Positions 8,751-16,466 of a DNA stretch of 37,655 nt are shown piece by piece. This stretch comes from Comamonadaceae bacterium. Lineage in GTDB: Bacteria > Pseudomonadota > Gammaproteobacteria > Burkholderiales > Burkholderiaceae_C. Where the stretch lies: positions 1-37,655 of the forward strand of contig CANCDA010000001.1 in NCBI GenBank assembly GCA_947374705.1. The letters are read 5' to 3'. How positions within the stretch are numbered: the stretch's first letter is position 1; the number at the start of each line of letters is the position of its first letter. The notes below the pieces were generated by a model. The model was not told where the DNA came from and ran no database searches. It was given only the letters and a program-made list of their open reading frames with translations. Made by a program: the position numbers and the translations under genes.

Positions 8751-9998
8751 TTAGATGTTCATCTCAAGAATATACAAGCCACCCGTGAACCGGTCTACCG
8801 TGTACACGATACGGTTTTCATCCACAAACACATCGTTGAGTTGGATCGCACCGGCGGGCGAGAGCTTGGGTGCGCCGGGGACGTAGTAGGCGATCTCTTG
8901 CACGGCGAAAGGGTTGCTGGTGTCATAGACGCGCACACCGGCGTTGAAGAAGGTGCCGACGATGATCGTGTCAGACCGGAACGAGCCCGGCCCCGGCAGG
9001 TTCTCGTGCAGGTTGTGCGCGCCAAAGCGGCCACCGCGTTTGGCAAAGGCTTCCACCGGCGGCGCGGGGAAGGTGCTGATGGGCACGGGGTTGGCCTCGT
9101 TGCGCGCGTCCACCACCCAGACCAGCTTGGGCCAGTCAGCGCCGTTGTCCAGCACGCATTCATCGCTCACGATCCACAGGCCGCGCTCTTTCAGTGGCAG
9201 CACGGTGTGGGTGAAGCCGTTGAAGGGCGGCGAGTGGTTCCACTTGGAGACCACCTTGATGTGGCTCAGGTCGCTGATGTCGAGCACCAGCGCGCCGCCG
9301 TCGATGTAGCCGACGTAAGCGCGGTCGGGTTGATCGGGGAAGACGTTGGTGTTGTGGGTGCGAAAACCCATGTCAAACGGCGCGGGTAAGCGCGGTGGCG
9401 GCGGGGCGCTATCGCCCACGCGCGTGCCGGGGTACCACCAGCGGCCCACCTCCACCGGCTTGGACAAGTTGGAGACATCCAGGATGCGGTAGAACTGATC
9501 GTCCAGCGGATTTGTCGGCACAAAGTCGCCCGAACCGGCGGACATGTGGATGGTTTTGCCATCGACAAACCACACCGCGTGCACACCGCGCGAATGTGGG
9601 CCGGAGCAGTCAAAGTGCGAGATGAGGCGCGGTGACTCGGGCGTGCTGATGTCAAACAAATCCACCCCGGCAGGCTTGAGGCCCACGACCTGGGTTTGGT
9701 AAGCCACGGCCATGATGTCGCCCACCACGTCCAGCGAGTTGGAGCGCACCTTGGCGTGCGGCAAGTCGGTCTGCACGATGAGCTTGGGCTTGCGCGGGTC
9801 GGTCACATCCACGCCTGAGAAATTCTTCGGCGCACCCTCATGCGCCAGCCACATGATGCGGCGGCCATCGCTGGTGAGCTGCATGGCCATGCCCTCGCCC
9901 AAACCACCAAAGCCAGCCAGCTCGTGCTGGGCCAGCAGCTTCATATTGAGAGACAAAGTTTGGTCGGCACGACCGGCCGGTTGCGGTGCTTGAAACAT
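8751..9998 (-). CDS. LVIVD-repeat beta-propeller protein, no signal peptide
   Basis: 415-aa ORF with repeated strand motifs (VGYIDGGALVLDISD, GGLYILEMN, GVDLFDIS, YRILDVSN) typical of LVIVD/COG5276 propellers. The ATG overlaps the stop of the upstream TctC gene (TAATG). Confidence 0.75.
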   Translation of the reverse strand: MFQAPQPAGRADQTLSLNMKLLAQHELAGFGGLGEGMAMQLTSDGRRIMWLAHEGAPKNFSGVDVTDPRKPKLIVQTDLPHAKVRSNSLDVVGDIMAVAYQTQVVGLKPAGVDLFDISTPESPRLISHFDCSGPHSRGVHAVWFVDGKTIHMSAGSGDFVPTNPLDDQFYRILDVSNLSKPVEVGRWWYPGTRVGDSAPPPPRLPAPFDMGFRTHNTNVFPDQPDRAYVGYIDGGALVLDISDLSHIKVVSKWNHSPPFNGFTHTVLPLKERGLWIVSDECVLDNGADWPKLVWVVDARNEANPVPISTFPAPPVEAFAKRGGRFGAHNLHENLPGPGSFRSDTIIVGTFFNAGVRVYDTSNPFAVQEIAYYVPGAPKLSPAGAIQLNDVFVDENRIVYTVDRFTGGLYILEMNI

Positions 9999-10987
9999 TA
10001 CTCACCCTTGATGTTGTTGTCTGCCACCAGCTTGGCGTACTTGGCGTGCTCGACCGCCAAAAAGGCTTTGAAATCTTCTTGCGAACTGGACAATGCATCC
10101 ACCCCCAGGCCTGCGAATTTTTCTTTCAGATCGGGATCGGCCATGATTTTGACGATGGCTGCGTGGTAATTGTCCACCACCGCCTTGGGCGTACCAGCGG
10201 GCAGGTACACGCCCCACCAGTTGACAGCGGCCAAGGGCAAGCCTGCCTCGGTGAATGTGGGAATGTCAGGGTACAAGGGCGAACGCGCTGCACTGGTGAT
10301 GGCCAGCGCGCGCAGACGACCGGTCTTGATGTGCTGCGACACCGGCAAGGCGTCCGACACCAGCATGTGCAAGTGCCCGGCCAGCACATCGTTCACCGCC
10401 AGAATGCCGCCCTTGTAGGGAATAGCGACGAGCTTGACGCTGGCCTGACGCATGATCATCTCCCCCGCCAGGTGCGACATGCTGCCCGGGCCACTGGTGC
10501 CAAAGTTGATGGCACCGGGTTTGGTGCGAGCAGCCGCCACCAACTCGCTCAGTGTTTTGTAGGGTGAGTTGGCGGGCACGACCAAGATGTTGGGGCCAGT
10601 CGCCACCAGAGAGACGGGGACAAAGTCCTTGTCCATGTTGTAAGGCACTTTGTTGATCAGCGGGTTAACCGCTGCGGGGCCCAGGTTGCCAATCACGAAG
10701 GTGTAGCCATCGTTGGGCTGGCGCGCGGCAAACTCCATGCCGATGGAGCCTGCCGCTCCGGGTTTGCTCTCGATCACCACCGGTTGACCCCAGACCTCGC
10801 TCATCTTTTGACCCATGATGCGGGCCAGCAAATCGGAGCTGCCGCCTGCGGGGTAGGTCACGATGAGTTTGACGGGGCGATTGGGGAAAGATTGGGCTTG
10901 CGCGGGGGCTTGTGCCACGCACAAAGCGGCGAGCAGCACCGCACTGCCTTGAACCACTGACTTCAAAAGTTGGAACGCTTGCTTCAT
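9998..10987 (-). CDS. Bug/TctC-family substrate-binding protein
   Basis: Signal peptide ending AQAPAQAQ. Contains FPNRPVKLIVTYPAGGSSDLLAR, PNDGYTFVIG and IPYKGG. RBS AAGGAGA upstream. Confidence 0.92.
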   Translation of the reverse strand: MKQAFQLLKSVVQGSAVLLAALCVAQAPAQAQSFPNRPVKLIVTYPAGGSSDLLARIMGQKMSEVWGQPVVIESKPGAAGSIGMEFAARQPNDGYTFVIGNLGPAAVNPLINKVPYNMDKDFVPVSLVATGPNILVVPANSPYKTLSELVAAARTKPGAINFGTSGPGSMSHLAGEMIMRQASVKLVAIPYKGGILAVNDVLAGHLHMLVSDALPVSQHIKTGRLRALAITSAARSPLYPDIPTFTEAGLPLAAVNWWGVYLPAGTPKAVVDNYHAAIVKIMADPDLKEKFAGLGVDALSSSQEDFKAFLAVEHAKYAKLVADNNIKGE

Positions 10988-11022
10988 GTCATCTCCTTGG
11001 GTTGAGTGAACGTCAAAAATTC

Positions 11023-12159
11023 TTAAGCTTTGATCTTCAGCAGCTTCATGGCATTGAGGCCTTCAATCTGGCGACGCTGATCGGCAGGCAGGCGCTTGAC
11101 GGCGCGGATCAAACCCAAGGGGTCGTCTTCACCCATGTCGTAGGGGTAATCCGTGCCCAGCAAAACATGGTCGGCGCCGTAGCGGTCGATCAGGTTTTTG
11201 AGCATCGCCGGATCGAAGGTGATGGTGTCAAAGTAAAACTTTTCCAGGTAGCTGGAGGGCTTGCGCTTGATGACAGTGCGGCAGTCGGGGCGGGCTTTCC
11301 AGGCGTGGTCCATGCGGGCCCAGTAGTGGGCGATGAAGCCGCCGCCGTGCGCGGCGATGAACTTGATCTTGGGGTTGCGCTGCACCACGCCGTCAAAGAT
11401 CAAATGACTGACCGCGATAGTGGTGTCCAGCGGGTTGCCGATGACGTTGTTGAAGTAGTGGTTTGTCAAGCGCTCGCCTTGGGTGAAGCCCAGCGGGTGC
11501 ATGAAGATCACCACGCCCAGCTCATTGGCTTTGGCAAAAAACTTTTCCAACCCGAGCTTGGGATCGGTCAGGTTCAGGCCGTTGACGTTGGTGTTGATCT
11601 CCACACCCTTGAGGCCGAGTTTTTTCACCGCGTACTCCAGCTCTTGCACCGCCAGCTCGGCGTTTTGCAAGGGCACGGAGCCCATGCCGACAAAGCGGTC
11701 CGGGTGCGCCGCCACCAGCGCGGCAATGCCTTCGTTCACCTCACGCGCCAGGCTGGCACCGAGGTCGGGCTCGGTGAAATAAAAGTAATGGTAGGGCGCG
11801 GGGCACACGGCCTGGATGTCCACGCCCATGCGATCCATATCGGCCATGCGCTGCTCGATGCCCATGAGCTTGGGCGCGCGGTCTTTCATTTGCTTGACGT
11901 TGGTCTCATTCGTCAAGGCGTTGGCATAGGTGACCGTGGGGTCGTACTTGGCGGCGTTGAGGTGGGCGGTCTTTTGGTTCACCACCGGGTTCAGGTAGTG
12001 GCAGTGGATGTCCACGATCTTGGATTTTCCCTTGCTGTTTTTGACAATGGTTTGCGTCTTGGCCACGGGCTTGGCGCGGGTGGCGGCTTGGCTGGTCGCG
12101 CTGGGCTTGGCGTGGTTGTGGGTGGGGTCAGAGCACTGGGGGGAGCAGGTGTAAAACAT
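11023..12159 (-). CDS. Amidohydrolase-2 (ACMSD/LigW/LigI-type metal-dependent decarboxylase or lactonase) family protein with an approximately 45-aa N-terminal extension
   Basis: VDIHCHY (HxH metal motif), AAHGGG and LLGTDYPYDMGE (catalytic Asp region). ATG 12159 has AGGA 6 nt upstream, overlapping the LLM stop. Confidence 0.85.
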   Translation of the reverse strand: MFYTCSPQCSDPTHNHAKPSATSQAATRAKPVAKTQTIVKNSKGKSKIVDIHCHYLNPVVNQKTAHLNAAKYDPTVTYANALTNETNVKQMKDRAPKLMGIEQRMADMDRMGVDIQAVCPAPYHYFYFTEPDLGASLAREVNEGIAALVAAHPDRFVGMGSVPLQNAELAVQELEYAVKKLGLKGVEINTNVNGLNLTDPKLGLEKFFAKANELGVVIFMHPLGFTQGERLTNHYFNNVIGNPLDTTIAVSHLIFDGVVQRNPKIKFIAAHGGGFIAHYWARMDHAWKARPDCRTVIKRKPSSYLEKFYFDTITFDPAMLKNLIDRYGADHVLLGTDYPYDMGEDDPLGLIRAVKRLPADQRRQIEGLNAMKLLKIKA

Positions 12160-12168
12160 GGTGAGTCC

Positions 12169-13257
12169 TTATCGTTGAATGGCGGCGTTAACGCGGGGCA
12201 TGACTTCGGTAGCAAACAGTTCCATGGAGCGCTGGCCCAGGGCCGGGTCCATCCAGTCGTGGCAGGCGTAGAGCAGGTTGCCGAAGTCACCCACGTGCTC
12301 GCGAAAGGCCAGTATCTGATCGACGACGGAATTCACTGTACCGGCCAGCACCAATTTCTGGGTCACAAAATCCGGCGTGACCTCGCTGTCGGGCATGGCT
12401 TGGTCGGTCTTGAACAGGTTGCTGCGCCCGCCACCCACCAGTTTGCGCACCAGTTGCTTGAAGTAGAAGTGGTAGGGCCCACCCTCTTCCAACGCGTAGC
12501 GTTTGGCGGTGGCTTCGTCGTCTGCCACGAAGATGCTTTTGGCCACGCGCCACTCAGCAGGTGAGGCCACCGCGCCCACCGCAGCGCGCCCCTCCACATA
12601 ATTGGGCCAATGGGTTTTGACCCACTCCGGCATCAGGAAGTTGGCCGATATGGGTTGCCAGCCGCGCTTGGCCATCTCGGTCACGCCCTTGGAAAACGGG
12701 GCCACCGCTGTGCCCACGATGAGCGGGTGCGGCCTTTGAAACGGCTTCATGATGAAGCCCTGACCGATCTCTGGGATCATGGTTTTGGCGACTGTGGTGT
12801 TCCAGAACTGACCCTCGATGTTGTAGGGCGGCTCAGACTCCCAAATTTTCAAAATCGTGTTGATGCTCTCCACAAACATGGCGTTGCGGTCTTTGCCAAA
12901 GTTGCCAAACAGCTCGGCGTCCGACATCAAGCCGCCGGGGCTGATGCCCATGATGAAGCGCCCTTGCAGCAGGTGGTCCAGCATGGCCGCGTTGGCCGCA
13001 ATGGCGGCGGGGTGCGAGTTGGGCAGGTTGAGTGTGCCGGTGCCCAGCATGATTTGTTTTGTTTCAGCAATCAGGCTGGCCAGGAAGATCATGGACGAGG
13101 TGACGGTCTCGGCCGCGTCGGTGACGTGTTCGCCCACATAGGCCTCGCTGTAGCCCAGTTGATCTGCCAGGATCACGGCCTTTCGGTCTTCTTGCAGGGT
13201 CTGACTGATGTTGCGCCCGGGCGGGTGCAGGGGCATCATGAACATGCTGTATTTCAT
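12169..13257 (-). CDS. LLM-class (luciferase-like) flavin-dependent monooxygenase
   Basis: MKYSMFMMPLHPPGR...LGYSEAYVGEH is a typical LLM N-terminus. ATG 13257 has GAGG 9 nt upstream. The track start 13272 is a TTG without an RBS. Confidence 0.85.
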   Translation of the reverse strand: MKYSMFMMPLHPPGRNISQTLQEDRKAVILADQLGYSEAYVGEHVTDAAETVTSSMIFLASLIAETKQIMLGTGTLNLPNSHPAAIAANAAMLDHLLQGRFIMGISPGGLMSDAELFGNFGKDRNAMFVESINTILKIWESEPPYNIEGQFWNTTVAKTMIPEIGQGFIMKPFQRPHPLIVGTAVAPFSKGVTEMAKRGWQPISANFLMPEWVKTHWPNYVEGRAAVGAVASPAEWRVAKSIFVADDEATAKRYALEEGGPYHFYFKQLVRKLVGGGRSNLFKTDQAMPDSEVTPDFVTQKLVLAGTVNSVVDQILAFREHVGDFGNLLYACHDWMDPALGQRSMELFATEVMPRVNAAIQR

Positions 13258-13288
13258 CGGGGCAATCCTCAAACGTTAGGTGTGATTT

Positions 13289-14221
13289 TTAAAAATTGAC
13301 TTGGTCTGCGCCTTTGAGCGCGAGCATCTGACGGGCCTCCGCAGGCGTGGCAATTTCCAGCGATAGGCCTTCAAGAACTTGGCGAATTTTTCGCACCTGC
13401 GCGGCGTTGGATTCGGCCAACTGGCCTGGCCCAATCCAGAGCGAATCTTCCAGTCCCACGCGCACATTCGCGCCTTGCGCTGCACCCAAGGTGGCCAGGG
13501 GAATCTGGTTGCGGCCTGCGCCCAAAATCGACCACACAAAGTCTTTACCAAACAATCGGTCGGCGGTGCGCTTCATGTGCATCAGGTCTTCGGGGTGCGC
13601 GCCAATGCCGCCCAGCAAACCGAATACGCTTTGCACGAAGAAAGGCGGCGTGGCGAGTTTTCGATCCACAAAATGCGCGAGGTTGTAGAGGTGCGAAATG
13701 TCGTAGCACTCAAACTCAAAGCGCGTGCCATTGGCGGTGCAGGAGGTGAGCACAAACTCGATGTCGGCAAAGGTGTTTTTAAACACCAGGTCGCGGCTGT
13801 TCTCCAGGTGTGTGCGCTCCCAGGCGTGCTTGAATTCCTTCTGCCGCTCCAACATTGGGTACAGGCCAAAATTCATCGAACCCATGTTGAGCGAGGCCAG
13901 TTCCGGCTTGTAGTGGTGCGCCGGGCGCAGCCGCTCGGCCACGGTCATGTGCGGGCTACCACCGGTGGTGATGTTGATGACGGCGCTGGTCTTTGCTTTG
14001 ATCTCGGGCAAGAACTGCGCAAAGGCCGCGGGGTCTTGCGTGGGGCGACCGTCTATAGGGTCACGCGCATGAAGGTGAATGACCGCCGCGCCCGCCTCGG
14101 CCGCACCAATCGCCGCAGCAGCCACCTCGTCGGGCGTGACCGGCAGATGCGGCGACATGGAAGGCGTGTGGATCGCGCCTGTCACGGCACAGGTGATGAT
14201 GACTTTGCGGGCTTGGGCCAT
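13289..14221 (-). CDS. 3-keto-5-aminohexanoate cleavage enzyme family (BKACE/DUF849) beta-keto acid cleavage enzyme
   Basis: N-terminus KVIITCAVTGAIHTPSMSPHLPVTPDEVA..A..AGAAVIHLHARDP.DGRPT is the BKACE signature. 310 aa is the typical size. Confidence 0.88.
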   Translation of the reverse strand: MAQARKVIITCAVTGAIHTPSMSPHLPVTPDEVAAAAIGAAEAGAAVIHLHARDPIDGRPTQDPAAFAQFLPEIKAKTSAVINITTGGSPHMTVAERLRPAHHYKPELASLNMGSMNFGLYPMLERQKEFKHAWERTHLENSRDLVFKNTFADIEFVLTSCTANGTRFEFECYDISHLYNLAHFVDRKLATPPFFVQSVFGLLGGIGAHPEDLMHMKRTADRLFGKDFVWSILGAGRNQIPLATLGAAQGANVRVGLEDSLWIGPGQLAESNAAQVRKIRQVLEGLSLEIATPAEARQMLALKGADQVNF

Positions 14222-14263
14222 GATTGAACCTGAGAGAAAGTGAAAAGAAAAGCGAGGCGAAAA

Positions 14264-15043
14264 CTACATCGCCCCGGCCACACCCGCACGTGCCAACAAG
14301 CCCGCGTCATTGACCGACAAATCACTGCCCATGAGGTCTTTCGGCATGGTGTCGGCCAGCCAAGCGAGCAGGCCTGCGGACACGCTGGGTGGCGCGAGTT
14401 TTTCTTGTGGAATGCGGCTGATCTCGTTCACACCCTGGGCGCGGATCAAGCCTTGCATGGCGGTGTCGACCAAGCCCGGTTGCAGGCTATAGACCGAAAG
14501 CCCTTTTTTGCCATATTCATTGAGAACAGAACGGCTCAACATCAGCAAACCCGCTTTCGAGGTGCAATACGCTGACCACCCATCACGCGGCGTGTGGGCT
14601 GCGCCGGTGGAGACATTCAGAACGACGCCCTTGCGCTTCAACAACTCGGGCAACGCGGCGTGGATGACGTTGTACGGGCCGACCAGATTGACCTGCATGG
14701 CGTGCGCCCACTGGGCGGGGTCGGTCTGCGCCAGCGGCGCTTGCGGCTCGATCTGGCCTGCGTTATTAATGACGATGTCGATGCGCCCCCAGGCCTTGAG
14801 CACGCTGGCCACACAGCGCTGAACTGAGGCGTATTCCGCCACGTCGCAGACCTCGATGCGGCACGCCACACCCAGAGTGCTCACGGCGTCTGCTGCGGCT
14901 TGTGCCGCCTGCGGGTCACGCACGGCCAGCACGGGCGCTATGCCTTTTTGCGCTAAGGCCAAGACGGTGGCCGCACCAATGCCGCGTGCCGCACCGGTGA
15001 CCAGCGCGACACGCCCCGTGGGCAAGGCAGCGTTGGTGTTCAC
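14264..15043 (-). CDS. SDR-family oxidoreductase
   Basis: VALVTGAARGIG (TGxxxGxG), NNAG and the catalytic YCTSK (YxxxK). The GTG start overlaps the upstream stop (GTGA). Confidence 0.9.
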   Translation of the reverse strand: MNTNAALPTGRVALVTGAARGIGAATVLALAQKGIAPVLAVRDPQAAQAAADAVSTLGVACRIEVCDVAEYASVQRCVASVLKAWGRIDIVINNAGQIEPQAPLAQTDPAQWAHAMQVNLVGPYNVIHAALPELLKRKGVVLNVSTGAAHTPRDGWSAYCTSKAGLLMLSRSVLNEYGKKGLSVYSLQPGLVDTAMQGLIRAQGVNEISRIPQEKLAPPSVSAGLLAWLADTMPKDLMGSDLSVNDAGLLARAGVAGAM

Positions 15044-15483
15044 GACAGTGGGTTGCCGGTGTCCGGCACCAAACCCGCAGCCTGGACACCCGCGACCGAG
15101 CAGATTTCATCGTTGTCCGACGTGTCACCTGAGATGCCCACAGAGCCGATGATTTGCCCTGCCGCGTTGCGGATCAACACGCCACCGGCCACAGGCACCA
15201 TGCGGCCATTGGACATGGCGTTCAAGGCGGTGAAGAAGGTCGGCACTTTCTCGGCGCGGCGCGATAACTCGCGCCCACCGAACCCCATGCCCAGCACGCC
15301 CCAGGCCTTGCCAATGGCAATCTCCGGGCGCAGCAGGCTGCAGTCGTCTTCACGCAGCAGTGCCTTGAGTTGACCGCCGGCGTCCAGCACGGCCACGGTG
15401 AGGGGGGCGAAGTTGAGGGCGCGGCCTGCTTTAAGAGCCTGGGCGGCGATGAGTTGGGCTTGGTCTAATGAAATTGAGTTCAC
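15040..15483 (-). CDS. GlcG/HbpS-like (DUF336) haem-binding-fold protein
   Basis: SLDQAQLIAAQALKAGRAL...VAVLDAGG...GGVLIRNAAGQIIGSVGISGDTSDNDE is a typical DUF336 pattern. I prefer GTG 15483 (AGGA 8 nt upstream). The alternative GTG 15507 abuts a REP hairpin and has no RBS. Confidence 0.8.
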   Translation of the reverse strand: MNSISLDQAQLIAAQALKAGRALNFAPLTVAVLDAGGQLKALLREDDCSLLRPEIAIGKAWGVLGMGFGGRELSRRAEKVPTFFTALNAMSNGRMVPVAGGVLIRNAAGQIIGSVGISGDTSDNDEICSVAGVQAAGLVPDTGNPLS

Positions 15484-15510
15484 TATTAAGTTCCTATTGG
15501 GCAGCACTGG

Positions 15511-15530
15511 ATTCCCGCCTGCGCGGGAAT
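15511..15530. repeat. REP-type perfect hairpin ATTCCCGC-CTGC-GCGGGAAT
   Basis: 8-bp perfect inverted repeat with a 4-nt loop, 7 nt downstream of the dehydrogenase stop. On the plus strand it translates to the spurious 'SRLRGNDG' peptide known from repeat-derived ORF calls in betaproteobacteria. Confidence 0.7.
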
Positions 15531-15536
15531 GACGGG

Positions 15537-16436
15537 TTATTTAGATTCGGTCTTGGTACTCGCACGCAAATGCCGCGCCCACTCTTCCAGCACATCGCAC
15601 ACGGCGGCCGTGTCCTGGTTGCCCAGGCCCTTGGCCATGGCGGCGGTGTAGTAAGCGGCGGAGGCGGCCAGCAGCGGCGTGGGGCAATCCAGCTTGGTGG
15701 CGTACTCGCTGATGATCTTCATGTCTTTCTGCCAGATCGACACCTTCATACCGGCGGGCTCGTACACGCCCTCCACCATCATGGGGCCGCGCACCTGGAA
15801 CATGCGCGAGCTGCCTGCGCCGTCGCCGATCACTTTGTAAATCATGGCCGGATCCAGGCCCGCCTTCATACCCAGCACAAAAGCTTCGGCGGTGGAGACG
15901 TTGTGAATCGCCACCAGCAGGTTGGCCACATATTTCATCTTGCTGCCGTTGCTGAACTCGCCCACATAGTGGTGTGAGCGCGCAAAGCCGTCAAACACGG
16001 GAATGCAACGCTGCACCGCCGTCTCATCACCGCTGGCATAGACCGACAAGTCCTTGGTTAGCGCTTGCGCGCCAGTGCCGCTCAAGGGGCAATCCAGCAT
16101 GGTGATTTGAGAGCCACAACGTTCGCGATTGCGTTCTTTATCTTCAATCGGCAGGGTGCTGGATTCAATCAGGATCAAGCCCTGGCGGCCCGAGGCCAGC
16201 AGGCCGCTGACGCCCTCGTCCAGCGCCTTGACGCTGGGCAGCACGCTGACGATGATGTCCGCCTTCTCGGCCACCTCACGCTGCGAACTGACGACCTCAC
16301 CACCGGCCTGTTTGAAGTCGGCCAAGCGCCCCGCATCCACATCAAAACCCACGACCCTGAAGCCCGCTTTGAGCATATTGCCCGACATGGCCGAGCCCAT
16401 GATGCCCAAGCCCAAAATTCCGACTGTGATTTGCAT
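15537..16436 (-). CDS. NAD(P)-dependent 3-hydroxyacid dehydrogenase (3-hydroxyisobutyrate/6-phosphogluconate dehydrogenase-like family)
   Basis: N-terminal Rossmann motif GILGLGIMGSAM. 299 aa, with the family-typical C-terminal helical domain. RBS GAGGAAG. Confidence 0.88.
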   Translation of the reverse strand: MQITVGILGLGIMGSAMSGNMLKAGFRVVGFDVDAGRLADFKQAGGEVVSSQREVAEKADIIVSVLPSVKALDEGVSGLLASGRQGLILIESSTLPIEDKERNRERCGSQITMLDCPLSGTGAQALTKDLSVYASGDETAVQRCIPVFDGFARSHHYVGEFSNGSKMKYVANLLVAIHNVSTAEAFVLGMKAGLDPAMIYKVIGDGAGSSRMFQVRGPMMVEGVYEPAGMKVSIWQKDMKIISEYATKLDCPTPLLAASAAYYTAAMAKGLGNQDTAAVCDVLEEWARHLRASTKTESK

Positions 16437-16466
16437 TCTTTCTTCCTCAAAAATTAAAGCTGGTTT

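Noticed and set aside
10912-12564. 550-aa plus-strand ORF, the longest ORF in the track
   Set aside because: It is entirely antisense to the amidohydrolase-2 and LLM genes, both of which have clear family motifs and RBSs. Its translation is the G/A/V/H/D-rich low-complexity string typical of antisense frames in high-GC DNA, with no recognisable motif.
15468-15977. 169-aa plus-strand ORF containing LDSRLRGNDG
   Set aside because: The N-terminus is read from the REP hairpin, a known source of spurious peptides. The rest is antisense to the dehydrogenase gene.
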